A stretch of 64,000 bases of DNA from a virus (taxonomy: Duplodnaviria > Caudoviricetes): the IMG/VR virus record IMGVR_UViG_3300017788_001950, positions 1,738 to 65,737 of that record. The stretch is one strand, 5' to 3'. Below the pieces are notes generated by a model that ran no database searches, was not told the DNA's origin, and saw only the letters and a list, made by a program, of their open reading frames with translations. Positions 1 to 10,698 of this stretch are shown piece after piece (the stretch's first letter is position 1; each line of letters begins with the position of its first letter). The translations under genes were made by a program, and so were the position numbers.

Positions 1-281
1 GCATTCACAGCATTCAAATAGGTCGTAACACCATTGGTGACGTTGGTGGAGCCCGTTATTCTTAGAACGTCCTGACGGTATTCGTCCACGTTCTGGTCAA
101 CGAAAAGGCTTGAGGAGAAAGCCGATAGTGGGTATATCTCCTTCTCAAATAAAGACCTTCTGGCAAACAGAAATACAGACCCTGTTATGCCAGAAACAGA
201 GGAACTCACATAGGTTCGCGAGGGATTTGTCTCTAGTGTAAAAGTCTCGATGTCATCGGGAGTGATTTTTTGGATTGACAT
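1..281 (-). CDS. Partial (runs off window) putative virion structural protein
   Basis: ATG at 281, open frame MSIQKITPDDIETFTLETNPSRTYVSSSVSGITGSVFLFARRS to the window edge; same Ser/Thr/Gly-rich style as neighbours. Confidence 0.7.
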   Translation of the reverse strand, partial: MSIQKITPDDIETFTLETNPSRTYVSSSVSGITGSVFLFARRSLFEKEIYPLSAFSSSLFVDQNVDEYRQDVLRITGSTNVTNGVTTYLNAVN

Positions 282-308
282 TGATGTTCACGAAAAACCT
301 TTACGAAA

Positions 309-1472
309 TCAATAGTCTAGACGGACCTTGAAAGTCAAATCTCTTTCGTCATCCTTGAGAACCGGCCTAGAGGACTTTGCAACACCCAGGAGGTTGTCGT
401 AGGCATCATAGAGACCGATGCTGGTGATGAAAGTAAAGGTTCTCTGCGTGTCCTCCTGACCGTTGTCGATAACTACGATCCTGTTCTCAGAATCCACAAA
501 GGTTGGATTGGAGGAGTAGTTTGCCTCATCGGCAGCAACACGGCAGAAGAAGAGGGTGGAGTTGATGTTGGTCACGTTCTGGAACGTGATGGCGGTCTGA
601 GCCGAGGCTGTGAACCTTGTGGAGCACACATGGTCCAGGAAGTCGTCCACAGAGGCGCTAGCAGCCAGTCTCATAAGGCTGGCGCTCACATTGGGTGCAA
701 TGCCAGTGGAGACCGCAGCGGAGTCAATAGAGCCCGAGATGAGCCTTTCCTGGTCGAAGGAGCGGCTCATGTCCAGAACAAGGATTCCTCTGTCCAGGAA
801 AAGCATTCCAAGTGGAATGCCAACGTTTGCGGAGTCAACCACGGTAGAGACCTGTCCACCGAAGGTGAAGAACTTGTTCGTGCTGGAGTTAATGTCCGTT
901 AGGATGAGGGAGCCCGAGCCAGCACGGAGAATATTCTGACCTGCGCCCACGAGAGCTGCACCAGTTGGTGCCAAACGGAGAGCAAAGGTTTCTCTCTTAA
1001 TCTGGTCTCTGGAAAAGAGTCTCTTGAAGGCGATGAAAAGTGCTTCCTTGATTTCGAAGCTGGTAGAGCCAGACTGAGCCGTGAAAATGCTGTCCTGATC
1101 ACCTAGGAGCTGTTGAGCGAAGGCACGGTAGATATCCAGCTTCTCTCTCATCATCAGGGAGGTGTTAGGGAACAGGTACTTTCCGTTGGAGTCGATGATT
1201 GGATTAAGCTCTGTGACAGCCGTGGAACCTGTGTGGAAACCGAAGGTCATGTCGCACACAGCATTGGCAGTTTGAAGCGTAAAGTCCTGATCGAAGACCG
1301 TCTGGAAAAGCGAGGAGGTAACACCCGGCCCGAGACCACCTGTCACGAAAACCTGGTACTGCTTCCTGGTTGAGGAGCTAGAAATATCCGTTCCGAGAAC
1401 GTCAACCAACTGGTTCAAAAACGATCTGGATGACTTGATATCGTCTGCTGAAAATTCCTTGAATACGGCCAT
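309..1472 (-). CDS. Putative baseplate/tail-collar structural protein
   Basis: 387 aa; C-terminus FITSIGLYDAYDNLLGVAKSSRPVLK...LTFKVRLDY resembles the tail-collar/baseplate C-terminal motif of large myoviruses; tail module context. Confidence 0.6.
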   Translation of the reverse strand: MAVFKEFSADDIKSSRSFLNQLVDVLGTDISSSSTRKQYQVFVTGGLGPGVTSSLFQTVFDQDFTLQTANAVCDMTFGFHTGSTAVTELNPIIDSNGKYLFPNTSLMMREKLDIYRAFAQQLLGDQDSIFTAQSGSTSFEIKEALFIAFKRLFSRDQIKRETFALRLAPTGAALVGAGQNILRAGSGSLILTDINSSTNKFFTFGGQVSTVVDSANVGIPLGMLFLDRGILVLDMSRSFDQERLISGSIDSAAVSTGIAPNVSASLMRLAASASVDDFLDHVCSTRFTASAQTAITFQNVTNINSTLFFCRVAADEANYSSNPTFVDSENRIVVIDNGQEDTQRTFTFITSIGLYDAYDNLLGVAKSSRPVLKDDERDLTFKVRLDY

Positions 1473-1503
1473 GTTCTTTTCTTTCTATTGGGAGGGACTA
1501 GTC

Positions 1504-2217
1504 TCAGGTGGTGGAGGTGATCTGTACTTCGAACTCCAAGACAGAGCCAGACTGAACGCCGGAAATCTTGACGAAGGTATTGATCTGGCTCTTGTTATAG
1601 GTTGCACCATAAATCTGGAACTGGCTGTCCGAGATTGCCTTGGTTGCAAGGGTGAAGGTGATTCTGGAACCGCCCACGGAGGTCTCACCAGAGTCTCTGG
1701 TAAGGATGTAGGTTGCCCTCTGCTGGTAGTCGATATTGTCAGGTGCTGCACCCACAATCTGGAGGAACTGGTTAGAAACCTCCACAATGAAGGCCTGATC
1801 ACGAAGCTCCACGTCGATGGAGGCCTCGTCTACAATGTCCTGGAAAACGGTAAGAGTGCGGCGCTTGACAGTGGTGTTACCAATGGACAGGGTTTTATTG
1901 GTGGAGTTGACGCCCTCACCAGTAAAGGTCAGCGTTGGGAGACGGATGAGGTTTCCATTGGAGATACTGACGCAACGGTACTTCTGAGCCAGAGAGCCAT
2001 TCGTAAGAGCCTCGAAGATTGGAGTGTTCTTCTCGATCTTTTCCTTGCCAACGGTTCTACCATACTTCTGGATGATACCGTAATCAACCTCGTCATCGGC
2101 CACAGCGAATTTCACGATGGAGAACGAACCATCGTTCTTGGAAATGAACTGTCTGCCTGTGTCGGTCAACACGGCGTCGAGTATGATGTTGTTCGTATCT
2201 CCCTGTAGAAATCCCAC
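1504..2217 (-). CDS. Putative baseplate/tail structural protein
   Basis: 237 aa, GTG start with GGAG upstream; N-terminus ILDAVLTDTGRQ...FAVADDEVDY resembles large-phage baseplate-associated proteins; N-terminus similar to 10698..11651. Confidence 0.55.
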   Translation of the reverse strand: MGFLQGDTNNIILDAVLTDTGRQFISKNDGSFSIVKFAVADDEVDYGIIQKYGRTVGKEKIEKNTPIFEALTNGSLAQKYRCVSISNGNLIRLPTLTFTGEGVNSTNKTLSIGNTTVKRRTLTVFQDIVDEASIDVELRDQAFIVEVSNQFLQIVGAAPDNIDYQQRATYILTRDSGETSVGGSRITFTLATKAISDSQFQIYGATYNKSQINTFVKISGVQSGSVLEFEVQITSTT

Positions 2218-2244
2218 TATGCACTCTCCTGTATGAATCTTTCT

Positions 2245-2252
2245 CTAAATAG
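2245..2252 (-). promoter_or_regulatory. Putative late promoter motif (CTATTTAG)
   Basis: Matches the motif (A/C)TA(C/T/A)TTA(C/G/T) recurring upstream of structural genes (also 11681, 23064, 27868, 58459, 59236, 61623). Confidence 0.45.
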
Positions 2253-2348
2253 GCGATCCTGCAAAAACTGACATTAGAACTTGTTTTGCCGCACAACTGG
2301 TAATGAATTTACTGCGTCATGTGGCAATGTATTCCCTGAGGTGGGAGG

Positions 2349-4151
2349 CTACTTTCGCTCAAGCTTTTTGGTCGTCCGGTCCTTGAGGAAAATGTCCAAG
2401 TCCTGTCCTGTCTGCAAGTCAACGTTGATCATTTGGAGGCGGTACTTGTCCCCTTCCTCTGTCTTGAGGAAGCTGAGATTCTCACCCTCATCGTTGAAAA
2501 GCCTGAGGTACTCTGGGTTGAACACGACCCTGACTCGTTTTGAGCCTGAGGTTCTGATGGAATCAACAAAAGCGTCCCTCTGAAGGAAGAAGTTGGGATA
2601 GGGCTTTGGAGCCCCGGCCACGCTCACAAGGGTCTTGATAAGATTGTTTTTGAAACGGTCGAAGCGGATTTCAAGCTGCATTGAGTAGTTGCTCGTGAAA
2701 CCATGGGCATCGATGGTTGCCAGACAATACATGGCCTTGTGTTCTTTCTTGAAATCGAAGTCAAGGTAGTACCCCTTAGGGCTGGCCATTTTCTCAATCA
2801 GAACAGTGTCTACCGTCTCCCTTAGTTCATTTGGAGTTAGACTGTCATTGAAGTCATACATGGCCAAAAGCCTGTAGGGTTCCGTAATGGATTCTCTCTT
2901 GAAGACCTGGAAGAACTTGATATCCCTCTGTGGATTTACTGGGAAAGCCCAGGATAGCTTTGGAACGTCCCTGATGTAGTCCCAGTCAATGTTGAAATCA
3001 GCCACCGAGGGAGGTGCCACGTCCTCTGTGCAATTGACGAAGATTTCTGGGGAATACTTCGAGGAAACCAGGAAGGAAACCGCAATGTTTTCATTTGTGT
3101 CTACATCCTGGGCAGCCACTTCCACATAGACGATGGTCTTAATGGAATAGCCATAGCGTCCACCATAGCGGATTTCTAAATCGGCAGTGGAGCTTGCATT
3201 TGGGGATTCCACAATAATGGAATCACGCTTAATTGGGCCATTATCGGTGTACTCAACCTTGTCGATGATGTAGCCCACCACTTGAACGGTCGAGTCAAAA
3301 ACGCTGGCATCAATTGACCTATAGTCAACGGCATTGACAATCTCAAAATCATAGTCATCAGCCGAGAGGGTGTCCGAGGAAGCCTGGGCAATGGCCCTTT
3401 GCTGAATGTCCTCTGCCTGAGGCAACATTCTGGCTGTCTCGTTATCATATATGTTGATCGGGTTTTGCTTTGCCGTTCTAAGAAGGGAAGCGAGCACCTT
3501 ATTGTTGAGTTGCGTCCTGGTCCTTATGTTCTTTGTACGACGCAGCACAGTCTGAGTGATGCCATCAACTGCTTCTGAGTTAAGGAATCTCATACCATTC
3601 CTTCTCAAACGCACAAAATGATCAGCAAGGAAGTCGCCTCTTACGTTTTCTGTCGTGTTTTTATAGAGGTATTTTACTACGTCGAGCGGAGACTCCTCTG
3701 GCGACCTTGGACGAGACCCGGCCGGTGCCTGATCCTGGCGGGCCTCTTCCACGGCCCTTCGAATGAAGTAGGCAATCTTGTCTCTCTGCTGGGAGTCCTG
3801 GAAAAAGATATTGGTGAAGTTGGAGTCGATGAACGTTTCCTCGTTATGGATTTTAGAAACGTTGTTTGCAATGCTCACCGTGCGACCAATGTCTGGCCTG
3901 TTTCCGGCTGGATTGGTTTTCCACTCAAAACGAATGTACCTCGGTGTGAACCGATTGAAGTTTCGGGAGTCCAGAAAGGATTGGTCAAACCCCTCTGCCG
4001 GGCGCTTCTCGATGAAGTCTGGTGGCGTGTCCCCAGAGGAATTGAGCTCCTCATCCGGCACGAAGAAGTTATAGACGAACCTAGCCGAGAAGTTTTCGAC
4101 CTCTGGGGCATCTACCACTGCAACTCTTTTGGAGGGAAGGGTTATCGTCAT
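2349..4151 (-). CDS. Hypothetical virion protein (beta-rich, possible Fn3/Ig-like C-terminal part)
   Basis: 600 aa ORF, 4-nt overlap with upstream gene; PPSVADFNIDWD...LSWAFP...FQVFKR segment is Fn3-like. Confidence 0.55.
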   Translation of the reverse strand: MTITLPSKRVAVVDAPEVENFSARFVYNFFVPDEELNSSGDTPPDFIEKRPAEGFDQSFLDSRNFNRFTPRYIRFEWKTNPAGNRPDIGRTVSIANNVSKIHNEETFIDSNFTNIFFQDSQQRDKIAYFIRRAVEEARQDQAPAGSRPRSPEESPLDVVKYLYKNTTENVRGDFLADHFVRLRRNGMRFLNSEAVDGITQTVLRRTKNIRTRTQLNNKVLASLLRTAKQNPINIYDNETARMLPQAEDIQQRAIAQASSDTLSADDYDFEIVNAVDYRSIDASVFDSTVQVVGYIIDKVEYTDNGPIKRDSIIVESPNASSTADLEIRYGGRYGYSIKTIVYVEVAAQDVDTNENIAVSFLVSSKYSPEIFVNCTEDVAPPSVADFNIDWDYIRDVPKLSWAFPVNPQRDIKFFQVFKRESITEPYRLLAMYDFNDSLTPNELRETVDTVLIEKMASPKGYYLDFDFKKEHKAMYCLATIDAHGFTSNYSMQLEIRFDRFKNNLIKTLVSVAGAPKPYPNFFLQRDAFVDSIRTSGSKRVRVVFNPEYLRLFNDEGENLSFLKTEEGDKYRLQMINVDLQTGQDLDIFLKDRTTKKLERK

Positions 4152-7100
4152 ACAGGCTCTCTATCGTTGACAGTCTCGATTGCCACAAAGTAGTCCTCAA
4201 AGATTAGCTCGTTTTTAGGCCTTGGCTTTAGGAAGTAGCGACCCTCACGGAGCACAATCTTCTCCTGTAGATAGGTCTGACTCCAGGCCTTTCTTCCAGA
4301 CTCGGTGGATACTGTCTTTTCAAAATCGATTTCGAATTCCTCAATGTTGAGAGGGATATGGAAAAGTCGGTCAAATAGCTTTGGTGCCAAAACCCTGGAG
4401 GTGATTTCCTTCTCGTTGAACACAATGCTTCCGTAGTCGAACAGTCGGATAATGTCCTTGGCATCCTCGGAAATGGAACGGTTTTGCAAAAGCCTATCAA
4501 TGCTCTGACCACCAGGAATGCTCTGTCTGAGCACGTCTCTCAGATAGGTGAAAACGATTTGCTGCATCTGGGGATTCAGGTTTCTGATGCCAGGAGAAGC
4601 CCCCTGGAGGAAAGTGTCCTCGGTTATCCTAACCCCGGTAATGAAGTTGATGTAGAGCCCAAGAAGATAAGAGGAAACGTGAGAGTGAATCATCACCTTT
4701 CGCTCGTCCTCGGTTAGGAAGTTGTAGCGTTCATCGTCTCTGATGTTCGAAACCCCAAGCTTACGGGGGTTTCTGAAATCCGTGTAGTCCGTGACCTTCG
4801 CACGCTCCATCATTCTGGTGAAGGCCTCATCTGCACCAGGAACGATGTTCTTAATGTCGGATTCCAGAACGAAAAGGGAAAGGTCGAAAAGGAAACGCTG
4901 AGGCTTGAAAACCAAATCGTCAAATCTGGCGTCTCTCTTGTAGACGTTAACCGTCACCACGTCAAACTCCTTGTCCTTAAAGGAGTTGATGTTGATTTCC
5001 CCTAGGTTTACCCTGTCCGCCAGTTGCTTAGAGAATCCGGTTGGGATACCCACACTGAGGAGTTTCACTCTCTTGTTTTCAGAAGGGCTTGCCATTGTGC
5101 TGTTGATGTATGGATTTTCTGCCAATAGGGCACGGAGGCAGCGATACTCCTCAAGGGTTGTTACATCACTCACCACAAAGTTGTTGTAGACGTAACCGGT
5201 TTCTGAGTTGTAGTCCTGGGTGGGTGCCTTGTCCTTAATGGTCTGTAGGATATAGTTGGCCGTCCTGGTCTGGGCTGGGTTCCTGACCATTGCGATGCCA
5301 TTCTCGCCCTGAATACGCAAAAAGGCCTCAAGCCTTGCCTGGTTGAAGGCTGGCAGGATTCTGTCAGAGCCGTTTTTGAGATGCTTGCCAACCATTGCCA
5401 GAATGTGAAGGGCATTGGCAACAGCCATGGTTTCTTCCTCGATCTTTTTCCTGTTGGCAAAGAGTGAGAACTTGAAGTCGTAATACTTGTCGCTTTCTCT
5501 AATGATCTGTCTCACCCGATCAAGGTTTCCAAAAGAGTCAATCACACCCCTTAGAGTGTCACTGAGTGTCCGAGTGCCAGTAACCGTGGCCGTACCAGTA
5601 ACGGTGGCACTGGTGCTGGCCCTGCCCCTGTATGGAGCCGTTCTAACCGCACTGTCGGTGGTGCTCACCGTTCTGCTGGACTGTGTTCCTGCTGGAACAA
5701 AGGGCACTCCAACCTGGGGAGCCAGAGAGGTTCCCTCAATGGTTGTACCGGCCGATGGGAGCGTTACTCCAAGGGCATTTCTGACAGCATCCACATTTGA
5801 GGTAATTGGAGCCGTGATTGCAGGCCTGATGTTTGTGAGCAGCGGTCTCTTTGCGATGTTGTCAATCTCGATGGAGATGGCCTTGTTTCCAATGGTGTCC
5901 ACGGTGATAAGGGACTCCGTTCTGGAGAAGGTCTTTTCGAAGCTGGCAAAGGCATAGCGGCTTGCATAGGAGGAAAAAATCTCAAAGAGCATTAGGAGCT
6001 GCGTGGAGATGCTCAGGAAGTTGTAGCGAGAACGGTTGGTTCCGTCCTGCAAGAGATGAACATTGGCACCCTGGATTTGGGCCGCCGCAAATAGGTTTGT
6101 AGCAACTCCAACAAACTCCTCGATGAGGTTGGTCTTGTTGTCTCCTCCACCTGCTGTGAGGTTCTTGAGGATTCTGGCGATGTTGCCTCTCTGAAGGTGG
6201 ACGCCCACGCTCTGCTCCTTCTTTGGAGCCCCTGCACTGGAGAAGGCAACGCTTCCCAAAAGACTTGTGGTTAGCGGAGAGCTGCTCAGGGCAGGAGAAA
6301 GGAAGCTTGAACGGAATGGACGCAGGGTCTGAATGAAGTCCACATTGGTTCTGAATCTGGACAACTCCGAGAAGTTTCTGGAAGTGAGGGCCACGACACG
6401 GTTCTCAATGGCGTCTGCCAATTGTTCGATGTAGGGCTTAATGACGGCCTGACCACGGCTTGGATTTGGTTCCACACCAGAGGGTATTTCCAGTTTGGAC
6501 ATTGCTCTTAGGCTTGAGATTTCGGACTTAGCCAGTACGTCGAAGACTTCCCTCTGTTCGGTTGCTCCGTTGACAGCCATGCCAATGAGAATCGAGAACT
6601 GGAAAAGCATGAGCTTAAGTTCAGGGTCAGTTGAGGCCAGTTTGAACAGAGCCGAAATCATTGCCTGGTCTCCGCTCACATTTGCAGGTTCGGTAAGGGT
6701 GCTCACCGAGTTTTTGAAGGAGATCATACAAATGTCGCTAATGCTCACTGGCACCAGGGTATACCTAAGGTTCCTGAGACTCAGGAATTCCTCGATGATG
6801 GTTCTGGCATCCTTGAGCCGGTTGTTGTAGAGGTTGACGAAGGAGTTGTATGGGCCGGTGTTCCAAGAACCGCCCTGAGTGCTCAGAATGGTGTCAATGA
6901 AATAGGCCGAGCCAGGAACGTACACAAAGCTCTGGTCATCAGAGTCAATATGCTTGTTTTCGAAAGGCAACACATTGGCATTTGGAATGCCAGGGTCAAT
7001 GAACATGAGGGAACTCAGGGAGTCCTGGCCCTTTGGTCTCTCAAAGATGGTATCGCCTGGGGTTCCAATGATGTTGTCAAAGGGGTTACCGGTGTTGGAA

Positions 7101-8269
7101 ATGTTAAAACCCTGAAGGAGCCTCTGAAGATCAGTGCGGCCCAGTCCCCTGGAAACGAGATACTCCTTACCCAGCAAAGTCGTCAGAATGCGGATACGAT
7201 CATCTGGGCTCTGGGGAAGCGAGTTTAGGAATTGGTTGAAGAAGCCAGTTCCGGTAGCATTGATTGGGGTCGTTACCGAACGAAGATTGCCAAGGGTGAA
7301 ACTGAACCCATTGTTGGTGGTGTAGGTTTTGTCCAAACGCACGGGGCTTACATCACCCTCACGGTCTGGATCCTTTAGGTCCAAAAGGCTTACGGAGTAG
7401 CTTTCCAGAATGGACCTGAGGTCAAATAGCATCTGGAGTAGAATCTTGGTATCGGAGAAGCCTGCAAACTGCGCCTTGCTGAACTGCATCTTCTTTAGGA
7501 AGAAATCCTCGAGGGCAAGAAAGCTGGTGGTGTTGTAGAAGCTGGATGGGATCTTCTTGATCTCAAGGGAAGTCTTGATGTTATTGATGTTTGTGATGAT
7601 ATCCTGCAAGTAGGAGACATTGGCCTCCACCTGGCGAAGCTCCGCACTGTACTCCTCTCGAATACGCTTGAAGGCATCGTCGGAGTTGGTCGTGGTGGAG
7701 TTTCTCTGGATTCTCTGAACCAGCTTAAGCAGCGTTTCCTGACGGAGATGGCTGGCTTGGTACTGAACGTCGATGAAGTCACCCACGGAGTTGTTTCTGC
7801 GCCGGGACCCAATGCGATAGATTGGAGAGAAGTCGAAAATACCCAAAATCTCCGGGCGAAATGGAACAATTCCGCCGTCCGTGATGGGAACAAACTGACC
7901 ATTCTCCAATCTGGTCTGGGCAACGTTCAAAACGTCAATCGGATAGGTTTCCTTGATGAGATGAGCCGAGGGAGGAACGAATCTAACGGCAGGAACAGAG
8001 TCGATTGGTAGAGTTAACCCGCCAGCCCTGATTGCTCCAACCACGCCAGGTCTTGCACGGCCACTTGCAGAAATGTCAACTGCCCCCGTGCCGCTGGCTC
8101 CAGTTGCTCCACCGCCGATTCTGACAGCAGGGAGACCTGGAGCACTTGGACCTGGCCCCGAGGCAGTTCCAGGAGCAGCCTCGGGAACGATTGGCTGTAT
8201 GGTAAGGCCTCCGTTGACAACGGTGCTATTTCTTACGCCAATTCCAAATGTTCTGAAACGATTAGCCAT
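4148..8269 (-). CDS. Large hypothetical virion protein
   Basis: 1373 aa ORF inside the structural operon; Gly/Pro/Ala-rich N-terminus, helical core, Thr-rich linker; no recognised family. Confidence 0.6.
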   Translation of the reverse strand: MANRFRTFGIGVRNSTVVNGGLTIQPIVPEAAPGTASGPGPSAPGLPAVRIGGGATGASGTGAVDISASGRARPGVVGAIRAGGLTLPIDSVPAVRFVPPSAHLIKETYPIDVLNVAQTRLENGQFVPITDGGIVPFRPEILGIFDFSPIYRIGSRRRNNSVGDFIDVQYQASHLRQETLLKLVQRIQRNSTTTNSDDAFKRIREEYSAELRQVEANVSYLQDIITNINNIKTSLEIKKIPSSFYNTTSFLALEDFFLKKMQFSKAQFAGFSDTKILLQMLFDLRSILESYSVSLLDLKDPDREGDVSPVRLDKTYTTNNGFSFTLGNLRSVTTPINATGTGFFNQFLNSLPQSPDDRIRILTTLLGKEYLVSRGLGRTDLQRLLQGFNISNTGNPFDNIIGTPGDTIFERPKGQDSLSSLMFIDPGIPNANVLPFENKHIDSDDQSFVYVPGSAYFIDTILSTQGGSWNTGPYNSFVNLYNNRLKDARTIIEEFLSLRNLRYTLVPVSISDICMISFKNSVSTLTEPANVSGDQAMISALFKLASTDPELKLMLFQFSILIGMAVNGATEQREVFDVLAKSEISSLRAMSKLEIPSGVEPNPSRGQAVIKPYIEQLADAIENRVVALTSRNFSELSRFRTNVDFIQTLRPFRSSFLSPALSSSPLTTSLLGSVAFSSAGAPKKEQSVGVHLQRGNIARILKNLTAGGGDNKTNLIEEFVGVATNLFAAAQIQGANVHLLQDGTNRSRYNFLSISTQLLMLFEIFSSYASRYAFASFEKTFSRTESLITVDTIGNKAISIEIDNIAKRPLLTNIRPAITAPITSNVDAVRNALGVTLPSAGTTIEGTSLAPQVGVPFVPAGTQSSRTVSTTDSAVRTAPYRGRASTSATVTGTATVTGTRTLSDTLRGVIDSFGNLDRVRQIIRESDKYYDFKFSLFANRKKIEEETMAVANALHILAMVGKHLKNGSDRILPAFNQARLEAFLRIQGENGIAMVRNPAQTRTANYILQTIKDKAPTQDYNSETGYVYNNFVVSDVTTLEEYRCLRALLAENPYINSTMASPSENKRVKLLSVGIPTGFSKQLADRVNLGEININSFKDKEFDVVTVNVYKRDARFDDLVFKPQRFLFDLSLFVLESDIKNIVPGADEAFTRMMERAKVTDYTDFRNPRKLGVSNIRDDERYNFLTEDERKVMIHSHVSSYLLGLYINFITGVRITEDTFLQGASPGIRNLNPQMQQIVFTYLRDVLRQSIPGGQSIDRLLQNRSISEDAKDIIRLFDYGSIVFNEKEITSRVLAPKLFDRLFHIPLNIEEFEIDFEKTVSTESGRKAWSQTYLQEKIVLREGRYFLKPRPKNELIFEDYFVAIETVNDREPV

Positions 8270-8277
8270 TCTTTTCC

Positions 8278-10698
8278 CTAGACTACGACGTAGTTGGTTT
8301 TGACTTCTGCGCCCTTACTGTAGTCGTAGTATACTGGTACAATAATATATGTCAGAGCCCCTTTTTCGCCATTGTCGAGAGTGTCCACGAACTCAAAGTA
8401 GTTGGCGTTGGTTATGCTGTGAGCCGCCCCGACAATGGTCCGAATTCCAAGGATTTCAAGGACGATGATGAAGTGGTCAATTTTGGAGGCCGAGCCGTTG
8501 ATTTTCCATCGAACCAGGTTGGCATTGCTTCGAACTCTGCTGACCTGAGCATCCGAGACCTCTGGCATTATGTTTGCCAAAGAAACGTTGACGGTTTGAA
8601 TGTCGGCAATGGTGCCAATGGTAAAGGCGTTCTTTGCGTGGTTTCTTTTAAGGCTAGCATCCGACACAAGATTGCCATCCCTGAGGGTTACAGGATGCAG
8701 CCACTTGGAGGGCTCCAACTCATAGGAGGTATTCCTGGTCTGAACCGTTCTTGTAAGGCCCGGAAAGAGAGTTTCTGGATTTCTCAGAAAGACATTCACC
8801 GTGTATTTGTACTCGGCACCTGGATCTACTGGCTTCACGTTCTTAGCGATACCGTATTTTCTGTCAGAGAACACGAGGGAGTCAATGACGCCGAAGTTCT
8901 CAACCTCACCGGTTAGGAGGTTGTCCCTAGTAACAGTGATAGCAAAAAGCTTGGTGAGCTTGTCCTTGTTGGAGGTTATGTCGGTTTGGAACTCGGACTG
9001 CAAACCCTGCTCGGAGATCAGTTTCTTGATAAGCTCCGCAGAGGAGTTGACAGGATTAAGCTGAATGCCAAAGGCAACGTCATAGCCATTGGTAAGGGAA
9101 ATCAGTTGTGGCTCGCTGATGACTGCGGTTACAAGATTGGAAGCCACTGGCTCATATTCCACAACCAGTGTGTTTGAGCCCGCAACGGTTGCACCGTCCC
9201 TGTAAGTGATGAAAGCAGAATACTCATAGGTTCTGCCGGAGGAAACCTCAGTGTCGTCCACGAACAGAGAGCCATTGCCCTTAATGTCAAAGAGCATCGG
9301 GGACTTGCCCACAATCTGGTATTCCTTCTGGCCGATAGAAAGGTTCCTCTTTTTTAGCGTGACGCTGGTGGCGTTGTACGGCAGATCCTTGAGGGCAAGG
9401 GAGATGCCAAAGCTCTTTACGTCGGCCGTGATGGACACGAAATTCTGTCTCTGCAAAAAACTGGCTCTCTTTGCCATGGATTCTCTTGCGAATTTGACAA
9501 CCGTGCTAGAAAACACGGAACTAACAGAGAACTCGTCATAGTAGGGAATGAAGCGATAACTGACATGATTAAGGCCGCCCTCAAGGTCTTCCACCCTTTG
9601 GGTTGGTTGCCCAAAGGACAGGTCTGTCTTGCCCACAAAGAAATACTCACTGCTCAGGGAGTTTTGGTTTGGGCTAATGGTTCTCTTGTAGATGCTGATG
9701 CCCTTTGCATTGGGGTCCATCTGGGAAACCTCAAAAACCACCTTGCCAGCCCGGTGCACCGGGATTGAGGTAACCTTAGGAGGCTTCGTTGGAACTCGAA
9801 GGATTCTCAGGTTTTGGCTGTGAGGAATCAGGTTGGAAGTGGTTTGGATTGGGAACCCTCGATCGTTAACCAGCTCAAGGATTGCGTAGAATTCACCATC
9901 GTCCGTGGCTGCCTCGGTTACATCAATGTCCTCGATAATGTCAATGAACTTCTGACGAACCTCCTGCAAAACGCCAAGGTATTCCGTGTCATCCAGGGCT
10001 TGGCTGTCGAGGGCGGTAACGGAATTGAAAATGGAGCTAGCATGGCTGTCATTGTAGAAGCCATCAGCCGAGGAAGTCTTGGTCTTGGTGGTGGTACCCG
10101 CAATAGCCTTGCTGGAGGTACGAATGGTGTTCGTCCTGGCATTGGAATATTGGGCAGGTTCTACGCCCCTAAGGAACAAGGAGTCCAGGGCGTTGATCTT
10201 AATCTGCTGTTCCGAGGGAGATGTGGTTCTGGAGCCCAGGTTGGCATCCAACACAGGGGCATTAACGTTCTCGGCACGAAGCTCCGACACAGGACGGGTT
10301 ACGACAATCTTGGCCTTCTTGATGAGGTCCAGGGCTCCGCTTGAGAGCTTGGAGGCCTTGGTGTTTGGAATTCTTGTGGTCAAGTCAATGACGAAGGTCT
10401 GAATGTACTCAGAGTTGGCAGCCCTGGTGAGATCCCTTTGCAGACCAGCGGCCGAACGAAGTCTGTCGGCCAGGGTTTGAGGTACCAGCCCTGCAAACAG
10501 AGGGTTGATCTTCTTGACGTAGGGCTTTTTGGATATGTGGAGTCGGACCTTGTAGGCCCTTAGGGTAGCCAATTCCTGCGGATCTGCCGTGAAGCGGATC
10601 CGGTACCGAAAGGTTCCATCTGCGGAACTGCTCTCCAGAGTCGCAAAGTTGTCTGGGATGGCAATGGCAGTGGTGGATTTCTTGATGGATATCTTCAT
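8278..10698 (-). CDS. Hypothetical virion protein (Ig/Fn3-like repeats possible)
   Basis: 806 aa ORF, TAATG coupling to upstream gene; beta-strand pattern with YEYSA/YKYTV/YIIVP motifs. Confidence 0.55.
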   Translation of the reverse strand: MKISIKKSTTAIAIPDNFATLESSSADGTFRYRIRFTADPQELATLRAYKVRLHISKKPYVKKINPLFAGLVPQTLADRLRSAAGLQRDLTRAANSEYIQTFVIDLTTRIPNTKASKLSSGALDLIKKAKIVVTRPVSELRAENVNAPVLDANLGSRTTSPSEQQIKINALDSLFLRGVEPAQYSNARTNTIRTSSKAIAGTTTKTKTSSADGFYNDSHASSIFNSVTALDSQALDDTEYLGVLQEVRQKFIDIIEDIDVTEAATDDGEFYAILELVNDRGFPIQTTSNLIPHSQNLRILRVPTKPPKVTSIPVHRAGKVVFEVSQMDPNAKGISIYKRTISPNQNSLSSEYFFVGKTDLSFGQPTQRVEDLEGGLNHVSYRFIPYYDEFSVSSVFSSTVVKFARESMAKRASFLQRQNFVSITADVKSFGISLALKDLPYNATSVTLKKRNLSIGQKEYQIVGKSPMLFDIKGNGSLFVDDTEVSSGRTYEYSAFITYRDGATVAGSNTLVVEYEPVASNLVTAVISEPQLISLTNGYDVAFGIQLNPVNSSAELIKKLISEQGLQSEFQTDITSNKDKLTKLFAITVTRDNLLTGEVENFGVIDSLVFSDRKYGIAKNVKPVDPGAEYKYTVNVFLRNPETLFPGLTRTVQTRNTSYELEPSKWLHPVTLRDGNLVSDASLKRNHAKNAFTIGTIADIQTVNVSLANIMPEVSDAQVSRVRSNANLVRWKINGSASKIDHFIIVLEILGIRTIVGAAHSITNANYFEFVDTLDNGEKGALTYIIVPVYYDYSKGAEVKTNYVVV

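Noticed and set aside
4148-8269. Tape measure protein
   Set aside because: No clear periodic Ala/Gly/Trp helical repeat; length alone is insufficient.
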